A stretch of DNA of 64,000 nucleotides from Thermoanaerobaculales bacterium (GTDB lineage: Bacteria > Acidobacteriota > Thermoanaerobaculia > Thermoanaerobaculales > Sulfomarinibacteraceae). The notes below the pieces were generated by a model, which saw only the letters and a list, made by a program, of their open reading frames with translations, did no database searches and was not told the DNA's origin. The position numbers and the translations under genes were made by a program. The DNA lies in the NCBI GenBank assembly GCA_025456145.1, contig JALOLD010000048.1:6731-70730 (forward strand), in the 5' to 3' direction. Shown piece after piece: positions 21,003 to 37,016 of this stretch (position 1 is its first letter; each line of letters begins with the position of its first letter).

Positions 21003-22340
21003 ATGAGCGCCAGTACATTCTCGGAGAAGGAGCTCCACGAGGCCCTGGAAGCAGCCCTTCAGCCGGGCCGTTTCATCGCCTTCAACGCGAGCTTCGACTT
21101 CATTCAGGGGCTCGAGGAGGTCCACACCCGGCTCAAGGCGATGATCGGCGCGGGCGAGAGCGCGACCGCAGCCCTCCATCTCGAGACGTTCATCGCCGCC
21201 TGCTTCGAAAAGGCCGAGGAGATCGACGACTCGAGCGGAGGCCTCGGCCAGCTGGTCGAGGACCTCTTCTGCACGTGGGTTCGTGCCCGCCAGGCCGCGG
21301 AGGCAAAGGCCGGAGAGACCGTCGAGCTGCTGTTGCGGTGGATGGACCACGACGACTACGGCTTCTGCCACCGGCTTGAAGAGGAGGTTGTGAAGGTGCT
21401 CGACGGCGACGGTCTGGGGGAGCTCGCCGCCGAAGCACGGGTTCGGTTCGAGGCATCCGCGCCCGATGACCGTGGGCCGGCCGGCTACCCGCGGAGGCGA
21501 TGGACCGAGGTCCTGAAACGCACGCTCGCCGCCCAGACCGATGCCGAGGAGTACCTCGCACTGTGCGAGCTGACCCGCCTGGCATCGACCGACTGCGACG
21601 TCCTCGCAGCGATCCACGAGGGTCGGGGCAACCTCGACGAGGCTCTTTCCTGGGTCGAGCGAGGGCTCGGGCTGGCCGGCCGCGAAGGCTACTCCGGCGG
21701 AGCCGAGTACGAGCTCAAGAAGCGCCAACGCAACCTGCTGCTGCGTCTCGGTCGTAGCAAAGAGGCCATCGACCTGGCATGGCGAGACTTTGAGAAGGGC
21801 CCGCACCTCTTTGCATACGAAACGTTGATGGGGCTCGTGCGGTTCGCGGATCGCGACAGCTGGCACCAGAGGGCCATGGTCGTGGCGGATGGTTCCGGTC
21901 TCGAGTCGGTGATCGACCTCCTCGTGAAGACTCGGGAGCTGGACCGCCTGGTCGCAAGGATCTCGGCCGCGACTGCCACCGAGCTCGAGGCGATCAGCCA
22001 CTACTCCAGCGAGCCAGCGGCAGACCTCCTCGCCGCTTCCCACCCCGCGCCGGCGGCTCGGGTGTATCGCGCGCTCGGGCTTCGAGTCGTGAACGCCAAG
22101 AAGAGCAAGTACTACTACGCTGCCCTCGCCCACCTCGAGCGGGCTCGCGAGTGCTACCTCGCTTCGGGCCGAGAGGACCTGTGGCGCGAGCTGGTTGCTG
22201 ACGTCCGTCTTCGGCACGGGCGCAAGACCAGCTTCATGCCGGGCTTCGAGCGAGTGGCGGAGGGAGGTCCCGCAGTGGACCACGAGCCATCCATGCTCGA
22301 GCGCGCCAGGAGCCGGTGGCCGAAGCTCAGGGAACGGTGA
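21003..22340 (+). CDS. Alpha-helical hypothetical protein (DUF6880-like)
   Basis: C-terminal KSKYYYAALAHL...HGRKTSF pattern; 4 nt after the toxin gene. Confidence 0.6.
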   Translation: MSASTFSEKELHEALEAALQPGRFIAFNASFDFIQGLEEVHTRLKAMIGAGESATAALHLETFIAACFEKAEEIDDSSGGLGQLVEDLFCTWVRARQAAEAKAGETVELLLRWMDHDDYGFCHRLEEEVVKVLDGDGLGELAAEARVRFEASAPDDRGPAGYPRRRWTEVLKRTLAAQTDAEEYLALCELTRLASTDCDVLAAIHEGRGNLDEALSWVERGLGLAGREGYSGGAEYELKKRQRNLLLRLGRSKEAIDLAWRDFEKGPHLFAYETLMGLVRFADRDSWHQRAMVVADGSGLESVIDLLVKTRELDRLVARISAATATELEAISHYSSEPAADLLAASHPAPAARVYRALGLRVVNAKKSKYYYAALAHLERARECYLASGREDLWRELVADVRLRHGRKTSFMPGFERVAEGGPAVDHEPSMLERARSRWPKLRER

Positions 22341-22617
22341 CGGCCTTCCTCAGGGGGAGAGTTCTGCGACCCGCAGCGTGATCACCATCGCTGCGAGGTC
22401 TCGCATACCTGCGTAGCGGGCCCCCGCAACCAACACTCGAACGCGGCGCAGATGCGCCGCGTTTTCTTGTGTCGGTTGTTCGTCCGAAGCAGCTGCTGCC
22501 GCTTCGAACCGAGGGCAGGATTCGTGTCGCCCGGCGCCGACGAGATCCGGCCGAGCTGTGACGGCAGCGCGGGACCGGCGGCGAACGATCGCCGCTGGGG
22601 TCGAGCGGGGGCGCCGC

Positions 22618-24042
22618 TCAGGGCGCGGAGGCCGACCAGGCCCCGGCGTCGCCGCTCTCGAAGCCGTCGGCGAAGAGCGCGGCGGTGTCGAGGAGGGCGA
22701 CCGAGTTGACCCACATCGCCGGCTGCCGGCCGTTCCACTGGTTGGTGATCCAGTAGACGCCGCCGACCCATCCCCGCGCCGGGTCCGTCGGATCGATGTC
22801 CGCGGTGGTGCTCGAGGAGTACACCGTCGGCGACCCGAGCTGCACCTCGGTCTCGCGGAGCGTCGCGACGAAGCGGGTCTGACCGGGCGGATCGCCGGCC
22901 AGGCGCACCGCTGCCGCGAAGGCCGGCGGGCTGGTCGCCGAGGTGTGGTGGAAGGAGATCACGGCGTTGCCGGCGCCGTCCGGGACGATCTCCGGCAGGA
23001 AGGTGTGGATGTCCGCCCCGAGCTCGATCTCGCCCGTCTGGGCGAGAGCGGGCAGCTCGCCCGAGACCGGCCACCCGTTCATCCGGATCTCGTACCAGCG
23101 GGCCAGGTGCCGGCCGCTGGCCGGGTCGCGCACGTGGTGCGCCGTCCACAGCGACCCGGCACGGTAGACCGCGTGGCGCATCCGCGAGTCGGTGGCGCTG
23201 AGGGTGACGCCGCCGCCCGGATGGGGCATGCGGTCCGACTCGCTGAGGAAGTCGTACGGCGGGACCTCGAGCTCGAGCGTGTCGACGACCGGGGTCGACA
23301 GGGCGTCGCGCAGCGCGAAGAGTCGGATCTTGTCCTCGTCGCCGTAGGTGCCGAAGGGCGTGACCAGGTACTCGGCGGGAGCGCCGGCGTCGTAGGTCAC
23401 CGCCGGGACGGTGGCCAGGGGGTCCTCGAAAGGCTCGACCGCCACCACGTCGGGGGTGCCGCCGCCCGCCAGGGCCAGCTTGTCGATGGAGAAGACGAAG
23501 CCGTGGCTGAACGGGTCGGCGGGGTTCCCCGCGAAGTAGAAGTCGTTGTAGACGTAGATCGCGCTCTCGTCGACGCCGAGGGTGGTCCGGTCGCCGTAAA
23601 AGAGCGGGATGCTGCCGACCGCGTCGACCGGGATGGTGTGCCGGTACCACTCGCCGTTCGGGTCGGCGTCGTCGGAGACGGCGACCGTGATGAAGTCGTG
23701 GACGCCATAGCTGTAGTAGCCGGCGACGACGAAGCGGTCGGTGTGGGGGTCGAAGAGGACCCGCGGGTTGCGCGGCGTCCCGCCCCCCGGGAAGAAGCCG
23801 CCGGTCCCCGAGAAGGTGTTGTCATAGGTCATGGCCCCGTCCTTGGTGAAGAAGCGGATGCCGTCGTGCGAGACCGCCACGATGTTGCCCGGGCCGACAG
23901 CGAGGAAGGGGGCGGCCGGCGACACGCCGTTGAAGGACTCGTCGAAGGCCTGGAACCCGAGCTCCCCGGCCTGGGCCGTGACGGGGTGAAGGAGGCTCGC
24001 GCCGACGAGCGCGAGCCCGGAAAGCCAGGGTCGGATGCTCAT
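22618..24042 (-). CDS. Secreted beta-rich protein with C-terminal LFADGFESGDAGAWS tail
   Basis: GAGGAGG before ATG 24042; signal peptide; PRVLFDPHTDRF...AVSDDADPNGEW motif. Confidence 0.75.
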   Translation of the reverse strand: MSIRPWLSGLALVGASLLHPVTAQAGELGFQAFDESFNGVSPAAPFLAVGPGNIVAVSHDGIRFFTKDGAMTYDNTFSGTGGFFPGGGTPRNPRVLFDPHTDRFVVAGYYSYGVHDFITVAVSDDADPNGEWYRHTIPVDAVGSIPLFYGDRTTLGVDESAIYVYNDFYFAGNPADPFSHGFVFSIDKLALAGGGTPDVVAVEPFEDPLATVPAVTYDAGAPAEYLVTPFGTYGDEDKIRLFALRDALSTPVVDTLELEVPPYDFLSESDRMPHPGGGVTLSATDSRMRHAVYRAGSLWTAHHVRDPASGRHLARWYEIRMNGWPVSGELPALAQTGEIELGADIHTFLPEIVPDGAGNAVISFHHTSATSPPAFAAAVRLAGDPPGQTRFVATLRETEVQLGSPTVYSSSTTADIDPTDPARGWVGGVYWITNQWNGRQPAMWVNSVALLDTAALFADGFESGDAGAWSASAP

Positions 24043-24360
24043 GGTCGTTCCTCCTCGCGAGCCCGCGCGCCGGTCCGCTGCCGGCGATGACGTCCCGGGC
24101 CCGGTCAGGCCGTCCCGGGGATGGGCTCTGCTCGCTCCTGCTTGTCGCCTGCCCGCTTTTTGCATCCGAGCGCGGCGCGGTTACCGCACCGGCAGTCACA
24201 GCGTGACCGGCACCGTCGGCGCCTCGCGGCGGTCGATCGCGTCGGGGCCGGCGGGACCGCGGTCGAGTGCGCGAGATCAGCTTCACGCTGGGTTTCGACC
24301 GGGTGATGGCCACGCTCTCGTGGCGTGTCGAGGGGGCGACCCGACGACCGGCGCCGCCGC

Positions 24361-25425
24361 CTACCGCGACTCGCCCTTCAGCGACGCCATGTCGATCGAG
24401 AAACGGTACTTCACATCCGAGCGCAGCATGCGCTCGTAGGCCTCGTTGAGAAGCTGGATCGGGATCACCTCGACGTCGGCGATGATGCCGTGCTCGCCGC
24501 AGAAGTCGAGCATCTCCTGGGTCTCGGCGATGCCGCCGATGAGCGAGCCCGAGATCCGCTTGCGCCCGAACAGCAGGGCGAAGGCGGAGACCGCCATCGG
24601 ATTCTCGGGGGCGCCGACCAGGGTGATCTCGCCGTCGAGGCCGAGCAGCCGGAGATAGGCGTTGAGGTCGTGGTCGGCGGAGACGGTGTCGAGGATGAAG
24701 TCGAAGGTCCACGCCTGGGCCGCCATCTGCTCGGGGTCGGTGGAGACGATGACATCGTCGGCGCCGAGCCGTCGGGCGTCGTCGGCCTTGCCCGGCGAGG
24801 TCGTGAAGACGACGACGTGGGCACCGAAGGCCTTGGCGAACTTGACGCCCATGTGGCCGAGGCCGCCGAGGCCGACCACGCCGACCTTCTTGCCCTCGAG
24901 GTTTCCCCAACGCTTGATCGGCGAGTAGGTGGTGATCCCCGCGCACAGCAGCGGAGCGGCACCCGCGGGATCGAGGTTCGAGGGAATCCGCAGCACGAAG
25001 CGCTCGTCGACCACGATGCGTTCGGAGTAGCCGCCGTAGGTGACACCGCCCAGGTGGGCATCGGGCGAGTTGTAGGTGAAGGCGGCGTTCGGGCAGAACT
25101 GCTCGACGTTTTTCGCGCAGCTGCCGCAGCTGTGGTCGGAGTCAACGAGGCAGCCGACGCCAACCAGATCGCCCTCCTTGAAGCCGGTGACCGCGGCGCC
25201 GACCTTGGTGACCCGGCCGACGATCTCGTGCCCAGGAACGCAGGGGTAGGTGGTGGGCATGACGCTCGCCCACTCGTCGCGCACGGTGTGCAGGTCGGAG
25301 TGGCAGATGCCGCAGTAGAGGATGTCGATCGCGACGTCGCGCTCGGTGGGCTCGCGGCGCTGGATGGTGTCCGGCGCGAGGAGGGAGGTCGCACTGGATG
25401 CGGAGTACGCTTTGGTGGGCTTCAT
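24361..25425 (-). CDS. Zn-dependent NAD(P)H alcohol dehydrogenase (CAD/YahK-like)
   Basis: CGICHSD, PGHEIVG, structural-Zn cysteines, GLGGLGHMG, DVKYRFSID. Confidence 0.95.
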   Translation of the reverse strand: MKPTKAYSASSATSLLAPDTIQRREPTERDVAIDILYCGICHSDLHTVRDEWASVMPTTYPCVPGHEIVGRVTKVGAAVTGFKEGDLVGVGCLVDSDHSCGSCAKNVEQFCPNAAFTYNSPDAHLGGVTYGGYSERIVVDERFVLRIPSNLDPAGAAPLLCAGITTYSPIKRWGNLEGKKVGVVGLGGLGHMGVKFAKAFGAHVVVFTTSPGKADDARRLGADDVIVSTDPEQMAAQAWTFDFILDTVSADHDLNAYLRLLGLDGEITLVGAPENPMAVSAFALLFGRKRISGSLIGGIAETQEMLDFCGEHGIIADVEVIPIQLLNEAYERMLRSDVKYRFSIDMASLKGESR

Positions 25426-25688
25426 GATGGTCTCCTGATGGCTGCCGTCAGCAACCCGTCATTCGGTCTCGGCGATCGGTGGCGGTGGCTGTCGCTCGCA
25501 CGGGGCTGACGCCCTGGCGAAACCCGACCTCGACCGGCTCGCATTCCCGAGAGGTGGCGGCGACCGCCACCGAAGCACCGGTGGCGGCTTCTCCTCCCGA
25601 GGAACGACGAGGCCCCGGCGGACGACCGCCGGGGCCGATCGGTCGACGGGCCGTGTTCCGCTCAGCGGATGAGAAGGACCCGGCGCCG

Positions 25689-28600
25689 TCAGGGCAGCTC
25701 GCTGGTCCGCCACAACGTCCGGCTGGTCGGGTCGTAGGCCCAGACCGTTCCGCCCCGCGCCGCGAGGAGGCTCACCCCGGACGCTTCGGCCGCCATCAGG
25801 TCGTGCTCCGGACGGGCCGGCATCAGCCGGGTCCCCCGCTCGTCGTAGGCCACCCAGAGCGACGGGTCCTCCACCGGCGCGATCAGCCCGCGGCCGGTGA
25901 CCGCGAACCGGCCCCGAGCGGGTGGGCCGTGACCGGCCATCTCGAAGCTCCAGAGCAACCCGGGTGGACCGTCGGGGCCATAGCAGGCGAGGCGGCCGTC
26001 GGCGGAGGCGACCCACAGCCGCCCCTCCCGATCGATCTCGATATCGGCCGGGCTGCCCACGACGGCGCCGACCCGGCCCTCGCCGAGCACCCGGCCGTCG
26101 CGCCCGACGTGGACCAGCCGCTGCGAGTTGAAAAGGCTGATCCAGAGGGTGCCGTCGGCGGCGAACGCGACATCCGACAGGCTTGCCAGAGGCTCGGCGA
26201 AGGGCGTCCCGAGGCGCTCGCCCTCGGGTGTGAAGAGCCCCAGCTCCTCGTTCCAGGCGATGGCGATCGTCCCGTCGGGCGCGACCGCCAGGCTCGAGTC
26301 GGGAAAGGTCGGCCCCGACACCCCAGTCCGCCGCACCACCGCCCCGTCGGAGGACAGCTCGAGCACCTCCCAGCTGCCGTCGACCTGACGCAGCACCGCG
26401 AGCCCCCCGTCCCCGGTTGCCGCGATGTCCCGGACCTCGCTCAGGTCGCGGACCAGGACCCGGCGCTCGGCGTACCCGGGGTAGAGCCCGAGGGGAAGGG
26501 CACGGGCCTGCTCCGCCTCCAACGCGCGGGGTCCGACCAGATCGCGGCGGGCCAGCGGCCTCGCCTCGGTGCGGGCTTCGCCCCAGGTCAGCCGGAGCTC
26601 GCCCGGCGCCCGGGGCGACAGCTCGAGGTCGAGCCGGTGGACGCCCGCAAGCAGCGGGACGGCCGCACCGGGCGCCACCCTGATGCCGTCGAGCTCGAGC
26701 TCGGCGCCCCCCTCCGGCTCGATGGAGAACCGGTACCACCCCTGTCGCTCGACCAGCAGGCCGCCGCGCAGCGTCTCGGCAGCGGCAACGCTACCGGGGC
26801 CGATCACCAGCGACGGCAGGAGAGCGGCGAAGCGTGCGCGGGCCGCCCGGGGGTCGGGCCCGTCCGCGACCGGCGTGCCCACGGCGCGGAGCTCAGCTCG
26901 CTCCACCTCGAAGGCCTCGAGGGAGCGCCAGGGCGTCCCGAGCTCGAGACGGGTCCGGCGGGCGGTCGGGTAGAGCTCGGCGAGCAGCTCGATCCACCGC
27001 CCGCCGTCGGGCTCCTCACGCAGCACGAAGGCGACCCGTTGCGGGTCGAGGCGGGCGGCGAGCTCCCTGGCCTCGCGGTCGAGCCCGAGGAAGCCGTACA
27101 CCCCGGCATCGGCCCGGAACTCGGGGTGGAGAGCCGGCCCCGGCCAGCGGTAACGGGGCTCGTACTGGAGGGCTGCCGGACGGTCCGGGTCGAGCAGCTC
27201 GGGCAGCGCGAAGTACTCCACCGCATGGCCATGGTGGAACTCGAAGTCGTGGACCACCAGATCGCACCGGGTCGCGAGGTCGGCCACGAAGCGCCCGTGG
27301 GCGACGGATGGCGGCTCGCCCATCCCGGCGCGCAGGCCGCCGTTGAGACCCACGGCGACGGCCCCGGCGAGGGCCGTCGCGACCGCCAGGGCGAGCCACC
27401 CGCCGCCCACCGGCGCCGGCGCCCTCGACCGCAGCGCCGACCAGACCTCGGCGACCAGCCAGGCGATCGCGACATAGGCCGCCGGGACCGCCAGCAGCAC
27501 CCGCCGGACGCCCATCTCCTGGGCGAGCAGGCCGGGGATCAGCCCGACGCCGATCCAGACCAGGATCATCGCGGCCCGGCGCGAGCCGATCCGGGCCAGC
27601 AGCAGCCCGAGGGCCGGGACGAGCAGCGGCGCGACGGCGCCCACCGCCCAGGTGTCGCCGTAGGGCTCGAGCGTCCAACGGACCCAGAACGACTCCTGGA
27701 ACCGGGTGTCGGTCAGCCAGCCCGCCGCCAGGTCCGGGATGTTCCCGGCCGCGCCGACGACGATCGCCCGGAGGCGGGCCAGGACGCCGCTCCCGGCGGC
27801 GTCCCAGGCGGCCGCGCCGTAGCTGTGCACCGGCGAGATCCACCTCCAGTGGGAGGAGGCGAGACCGTGGACGAGGGTCACCGACGCGGCCCACAGGGCC
27901 GCTCCCGCCGCGACCGCGAGGACGCCGGCCCATGCCCGGGGGCGCCGCCGGTCGCCGAGGTGGGCAAGGAAGACCATGACAACCGGCAGGAGCCAGGCGG
28001 TGAAGACCGCCGCGTAGAGCAGCCGGCCGGCACCCATCAGCACCGCCACCAGGGCCCAGGCGGCCGGTCGGCGGCCCTCCAGGGCGTGGTCGAGGGCGAG
28101 CACCAGGCAGGCCGCGTAGATCGCGACAAAGGCGAAGTTGGTGTAGTCGGAGCGCCCGAACCACAGGTGGGTCGGCGACGCCGCCACCAGCACCACCGTG
28201 ATCATCGCCGCGGTCGGACCGACGAGCCTTCTCGCGGCCGCCCAGAGCAGGGGCAGCGAGACCGCCGCGGCGATCGCCGGGGTGAAGCGGATCGCCAGCA
28301 GCGAGGGACCGAGCACGGCGTGGAACGCCCGCACCACGAACAGGTCGAGCAGCCCGGTGGAGTTGCCGAGGAAGAAGCCGCCGACGACGTAGTTGCGCAG
28401 ACCGGCGCAACGGGTCGCCATGATCATGTTGCCGAGCATCTCGTCCATCAGCACGTCGAGGTGGCGGTTGATCGCGTACAGCCCGATCAGCGCCGAGCCG
28501 GCGCAGACGGCGGCCAGGGCGAGCTTCTCCCACCTCTCGACGGGCTCGAGCTCCGGCCCCTCGCGCGGGGCGGGGCGGCGCCCTCCGACGATCCCGCAGG

Positions 28601-29024
28601 CGAAGGCGATGGCGTACGCGATCGCGGCCGCCGCGGAGTGGCCCGCCAGGAGCAGGCCCTGCCCGACCAGCGCGGCCCCCGCGCCGAGCGCCAGCAGCGC
28701 CGCCCCGGTCCGGCTCCTCCGGAGGGCGAGGGCCATCGCGACGAGGACGATCGCGGCGCCGAGGCCCGCGGTCCCGGGCCGACTCTGGCACGCGGTCGTG
28801 ACCGCCAGACCCGCCGAGCACACCGTGTCCACGAGCGGCTCGGCGAAGCCCAACGCCCGCCGGCCAGCCTGATCGTCGCGCCACGCCGCCGCAGCCAGGA
28901 CCAGCCAGACCGGGAGCAGCACCGCGAGCACCTGAAACGCGGCGCGGGTCGGCCCCCCCCTCGGGCGATCGTCGTCCGGGCTCAAGCCGGAGCCCCCCTC
29001 CGGGTCACCGGCGGAGTCTACCAC
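25689..29024 (-). CDS. Large membrane protein: GT-C (ArnT/PMT-like) domain, PA14-like domain and C-terminal NHL/beta-propeller; start uncertain
   Basis: Many TM segments with MDE, LLAIRF and SPTHLWFGR motifs; GWYRFSIE...LELDG...LLAGVHRL; repeated DIA/DVAF beta units. Confidence 0.65.
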   Translation of the reverse strand: MVDSAGDPEGGSGLSPDDDRPRGGPTRAAFQVLAVLLPVWLVLAAAAWRDDQAGRRALGFAEPLVDTVCSAGLAVTTACQSRPGTAGLGAAIVLVAMALALRRSRTGAALLALGAGAALVGQGLLLAGHSAAAAIAYAIAFACGIVGGRRPAPREGPELEPVERWEKLALAAVCAGSALIGLYAINRHLDVLMDEMLGNMIMATRCAGLRNYVVGGFFLGNSTGLLDLFVVRAFHAVLGPSLLAIRFTPAIAAAVSLPLLWAAARRLVGPTAAMITVVLVAASPTHLWFGRSDYTNFAFVAIYAACLVLALDHALEGRRPAAWALVAVLMGAGRLLYAAVFTAWLLPVVMVFLAHLGDRRRPRAWAGVLAVAAGAALWAASVTLVHGLASSHWRWISPVHSYGAAAWDAAGSGVLARLRAIVVGAAGNIPDLAAGWLTDTRFQESFWVRWTLEPYGDTWAVGAVAPLLVPALGLLLARIGSRRAAMILVWIGVGLIPGLLAQEMGVRRVLLAVPAAYVAIAWLVAEVWSALRSRAPAPVGGGWLALAVATALAGAVAVGLNGGLRAGMGEPPSVAHGRFVADLATRCDLVVHDFEFHHGHAVEYFALPELLDPDRPAALQYEPRYRWPGPALHPEFRADAGVYGFLGLDREARELAARLDPQRVAFVLREEPDGGRWIELLAELYPTARRTRLELGTPWRSLEAFEVERAELRAVGTPVADGPDPRAARARFAALLPSLVIGPGSVAAAETLRGGLLVERQGWYRFSIEPEGGAELELDGIRVAPGAAVPLLAGVHRLDLELSPRAPGELRLTWGEARTEARPLARRDLVGPRALEAEQARALPLGLYPGYAERRVLVRDLSEVRDIAATGDGGLAVLRQVDGSWEVLELSSDGAVVRRTGVSGPTFPDSSLAVAPDGTIAIAWNEELGLFTPEGERLGTPFAEPLASLSDVAFAADGTLWISLFNSQRLVHVGRDGRVLGEGRVGAVVGSPADIEIDREGRLWVASADGRLACYGPDGPPGLLWSFEMAGHGPPARGRFAVTGRGLIAPVEDPSLWVAYDERGTRLMPARPEHDLMAAEASGVSLLAARGGTVWAYDPTSRTLWRTSELP

Positions 29025-29158
29025 CCGCTCGACGGCCGCCGCGGCTCGTGACGGGCCGCCGAACCGGAGCGAGGGCCGGGCGGGGATGGCCCGCCCCCGA
29101 CAGTAAACGGCCCCGGCGGACGACCGCCGGGGCCTCGTGTGGTCGTTCTCGGTCGCGC

Positions 29159-31925
<2,767 letters not shown>

Positions 31926-32019
31926 GTACCCCTCCGGGCAGATCTCCACCCCGCGGATTGACAGGGCTCGCGCCGGACGCCTAAGCTGACCCGACCGAAT
32001 CCGCCGTCCGAGGAGCGCG

Positions 32020-32658
32020 ATGCCCGAGCCGCCAGCCCACCGCCGGGAGAGGATCCTCGGGCACCTGGCGTGGCTCATCTACCGTCTCTACTCGTCGACC
32101 TTCCGCTACCGGCTGCACGGGGCCGACCCGAACGACCTCGCCGCGGTGCTCGGCGCCCTCGACCGGCGCGAGCCCGACCCGGACGGCACCTATCTGTGCG
32201 CCTTCTGGCACCAGGACGAGCTCGCGCTGCTGCCCTACTTCCGCGGCCGCAACCTGGTCGCCATGGTCTCGGACTCCCGGGACGGCACGATCATGGCCAC
32301 CGCCCTCGAGCTGTTCGGTTACCTGACGACCCGCGGCTCGTCGACCCGAGGCGGCGCCAAAGCCTTTGTCGCCTCGTTGCGGATGATCCGCCAGGGCTTC
32401 AACTTCGTCATCGCGGTCGACGGTCCGCGCGGCCCGATCTACCGGACCAAGGAGGGGGTCGTCCGGCTCGCCGAGAAGTCCGGCCGGCCGGTCGTCCCCT
32501 TCCGTGCCTGGCCCGAGCGGGCCTTCACCTTTCAGAGGGCGTGGAACCGGGCGCGGCTGCCCCTGCCCTTCACGCGGGTCCACATCGTCATCGGCCGGCC
32601 GGGCCGCTACACCTGCACCGAGCTCGACGACGCCCTCAACTCGCTGAGCGCCCCCTGA
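32020..32658 (+). CDS. DUF374 / lysophospholipid acyltransferase family protein
   Basis: AFWHQD, VSDSRDG, RGSSTRGG, AVDGPRGP, PLPFTR. Confidence 0.88.
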   Translation: MPEPPAHRRERILGHLAWLIYRLYSSTFRYRLHGADPNDLAAVLGALDRREPDPDGTYLCAFWHQDELALLPYFRGRNLVAMVSDSRDGTIMATALELFGYLTTRGSSTRGGAKAFVASLRMIRQGFNFVIAVDGPRGPIYRTKEGVVRLAEKSGRPVVPFRAWPERAFTFQRAWNRARLPLPFTRVHIVIGRPGRYTCTELDDALNSLSAP

Positions 32659-32785
32659 GCCGGGGGCTCGCCGCCCCGGACCCCGTCCCGGTCGTCACGG
32701 TCGTCGCGCTCCCTCGCGGAAGGACTTGTGCCGATCTTCACAATGTCCCGCCGAGGCTCTGGCACCGGCGCGGAGGACGCGCTAG

Positions 32786-35065
<2,280 letters not shown>

Positions 35066-35164
35066 GGGAAGGGCGCGAACCGCCGCGGGTCGCTCAGAGG
35101 ACACCACGGCCCCGACGCCGGGGCGCCGGGGCCGTGACACTCCGGTCGTCGGCGGGTCGCGACC

Positions 35165-35839
35165 TCAGAACATCCAGCCGATGCCGAGACCGATCACGTC
35201 GAAGCGGGGGGTGCTCTCGGCCTGGTCGAAGTCCTGCCACTGGCTGGTGTAGCTCACAGTGAGAAAGGTGCTGTAGTTGAACTGGTAGCGCAGGCCGAGC
35301 GTCGCCTGGTAGGTGAAGGCGTCGGTCGTCTTGGTCGGGTAGGTGGTGTAGCAGACATAGCCCCACCACGGGTCCCACCAGCAGCCGGTCGACGGCGCGC
35401 CGTTCGGGATGTTGGTGTCGATCCAGGTCCAGCCGAGTCCGGCGCCGATGTACGGGCTCAATGCGCCGTCGCCGAAGTAGTAGACGGCGTTGCCCCACAG
35501 CGAGAAGGCGTCGTACGAGCCGGAGACGCCGATGGTCGTTCCATCGTCCTGCACCACGTCGGCGTCATAGTCGACGCCGGCCCAGCCGACGCCGAAGGTC
35601 GTCGCGAAGTTGTCGGTGACGTTGTAGCCGCCGCTCAGGGCAAAGCCGAGGTCGTCGTCGGTCGACAGCGTCGAGCCGCCCTCGACGTCGACGTCGACGC
35701 CGAGCTGGTAGAAGGTCGCGAGCCCGAGCTCCCACCGTCCCTCGCGGTCCTGAGCCACCGCGGACGTCGCGCCGGCGATCCACGCCACCGCGGCCAGCAG
35801 ACACACCATCGAGCCTCTCAGGGTCTTCGAACCGTTCAT
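35165..35839 (-). CDS. Outer-membrane beta-barrel protein
   Basis: Signal peptide, SPYIGAGLG, C-terminal GIGWMF; loop CWWDPWWGYVC. Confidence 0.85.
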   Translation of the reverse strand: MNGSKTLRGSMVCLLAAVAWIAGATSAVAQDREGRWELGLATFYQLGVDVDVEGGSTLSTDDDLGFALSGGYNVTDNFATTFGVGWAGVDYDADVVQDDGTTIGVSGSYDAFSLWGNAVYYFGDGALSPYIGAGLGWTWIDTNIPNGAPSTGCWWDPWWGYVCYTTYPTKTTDAFTYQATLGLRYQFNYSTFLTVSYTSQWQDFDQAESTPRFDVIGLGIGWMF

Positions 35840-36145
35840 CTGATCCTCCTTGTGAGATGGCCCCCGCGGGCCCTCCGAGTCAGAACGCGAGCCGGGAGCG
35901 TCGAGATTCCGCCCGCCCGGACCCGCGGCTCGGCTCCTCGATGTCCGGGGGTGATCCTCCGCCCGACCTTACGCGAACCGCGCGGAGCCCGGAATCGGGA
36001 GATTTTCGGAGACCGGAGCCCGGGCGAGCCGTCGCCACCGGGGAATCGAGGCCGGGCATGGCTGGTTGCACCGGCAAGACTCGACAAAAAACGGTCCGCC
36101 AACCCCGGCTGCGGACACCGCCGCCGGAGATCCCGGAGGGTGACC

Positions 36146-36991
36146 ATGCCTCGTCTCCATTATCTGAAGGTCGCGGTGGTCGTCATCGGCTCGGCCCTCG
36201 CCGCCGGCGCGGCGACCGCCTCCGAGCCGGCCAGCGTCGAGGGCGTCCTGACGGTCAACGGCTCGACCGTTGAGCTGCCCTTCGTCTACGCCTACCCCGA
36301 GGAGTCCGGCTTCTACGACGACGCCGACCCGACCTGGACGCTGCTCTTCGTCGACCGGGAGATCGCCGAGCGCGAGCTCGACGAGACGCTCTGGGAGGTG
36401 GCCTATGTCCGGCTCGGGATCACCAAGACCGCCGAGTTCGGCGACCAGCCCGAGCTCCAGGTCTACTCGCAGGACATGCGGTTCTCGGCCGAGCAGCCGG
36501 GTAACGTCTCGGGGGGCACCTACCCGACCCTCGAGCTCAGCGCCATCGGACCCGACGGCATCGCGGGCCGGGTCTTCCACGCCGAGCCCGAGGAGATCTT
36601 CGACGACACCTTCCACTACGACTTCACCTTCAGCGCCCCGATGTCGGACCCCAACGCGCCGATCGGCGACCCCCTCCCGGCCGGCGGCGGCGAGCCGGGA
36701 GCGGCCTTCATCGCCTGGACCGAGGCGATCCACGCCGGCGACATCGACCGCATGAAGGCCCTGGTCCTGCCCGAGCAGGCGGCGATGCTCGACAGCCCCG
36801 ACATCGCCCAGGAGCTCGAGTTCATCAAGCTCATGACGCCGACCGACGTCGTGGTCGTCGGCGGCTCGAGCGACGGCGAGACCGCGCTGCTCGAGGTCAC
36901 CGGGAAGATGGACGGCGAGCCGGTCAAGGGCGAGGTCACCCTGGTCCGCCAGGCGGGGACCTGGGTCTCGACCAACGCCTCCTGGGAGTGA
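36146..36991 (+). CDS. Secreted acidic hypothetical protein
   Basis: GGAGG before ATG 36146; signal peptide; strong GC3 codon bias. Confidence 0.75.
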   Translation: MPRLHYLKVAVVVIGSALAAGAATASEPASVEGVLTVNGSTVELPFVYAYPEESGFYDDADPTWTLLFVDREIAERELDETLWEVAYVRLGITKTAEFGDQPELQVYSQDMRFSAEQPGNVSGGTYPTLELSAIGPDGIAGRVFHAEPEEIFDDTFHYDFTFSAPMSDPNAPIGDPLPAGGGEPGAAFIAWTEAIHAGDIDRMKALVLPEQAAMLDSPDIAQELEFIKLMTPTDVVVVGGSSDGETALLEVTGKMDGEPVKGEVTLVRQAGTWVSTNASWE

Positions 36992-37016
36992 CCGGGCGGC
37001 CGCCCGGCCGCCCGGC

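Larger units (their letters stand above)
19239..22530 (+). mobile_element. tRNA-anchored islet bounded by copies of the tRNA 3' end (no integrase seen)
   Basis: tRNA 3' end repeated at 19239-19259 (21 nt), 19400-19418 (19 nt) and 22420-22432 (13 nt). The segments ~19247-19358 and ~22420-22530 are homologous. Confidence 0.65.
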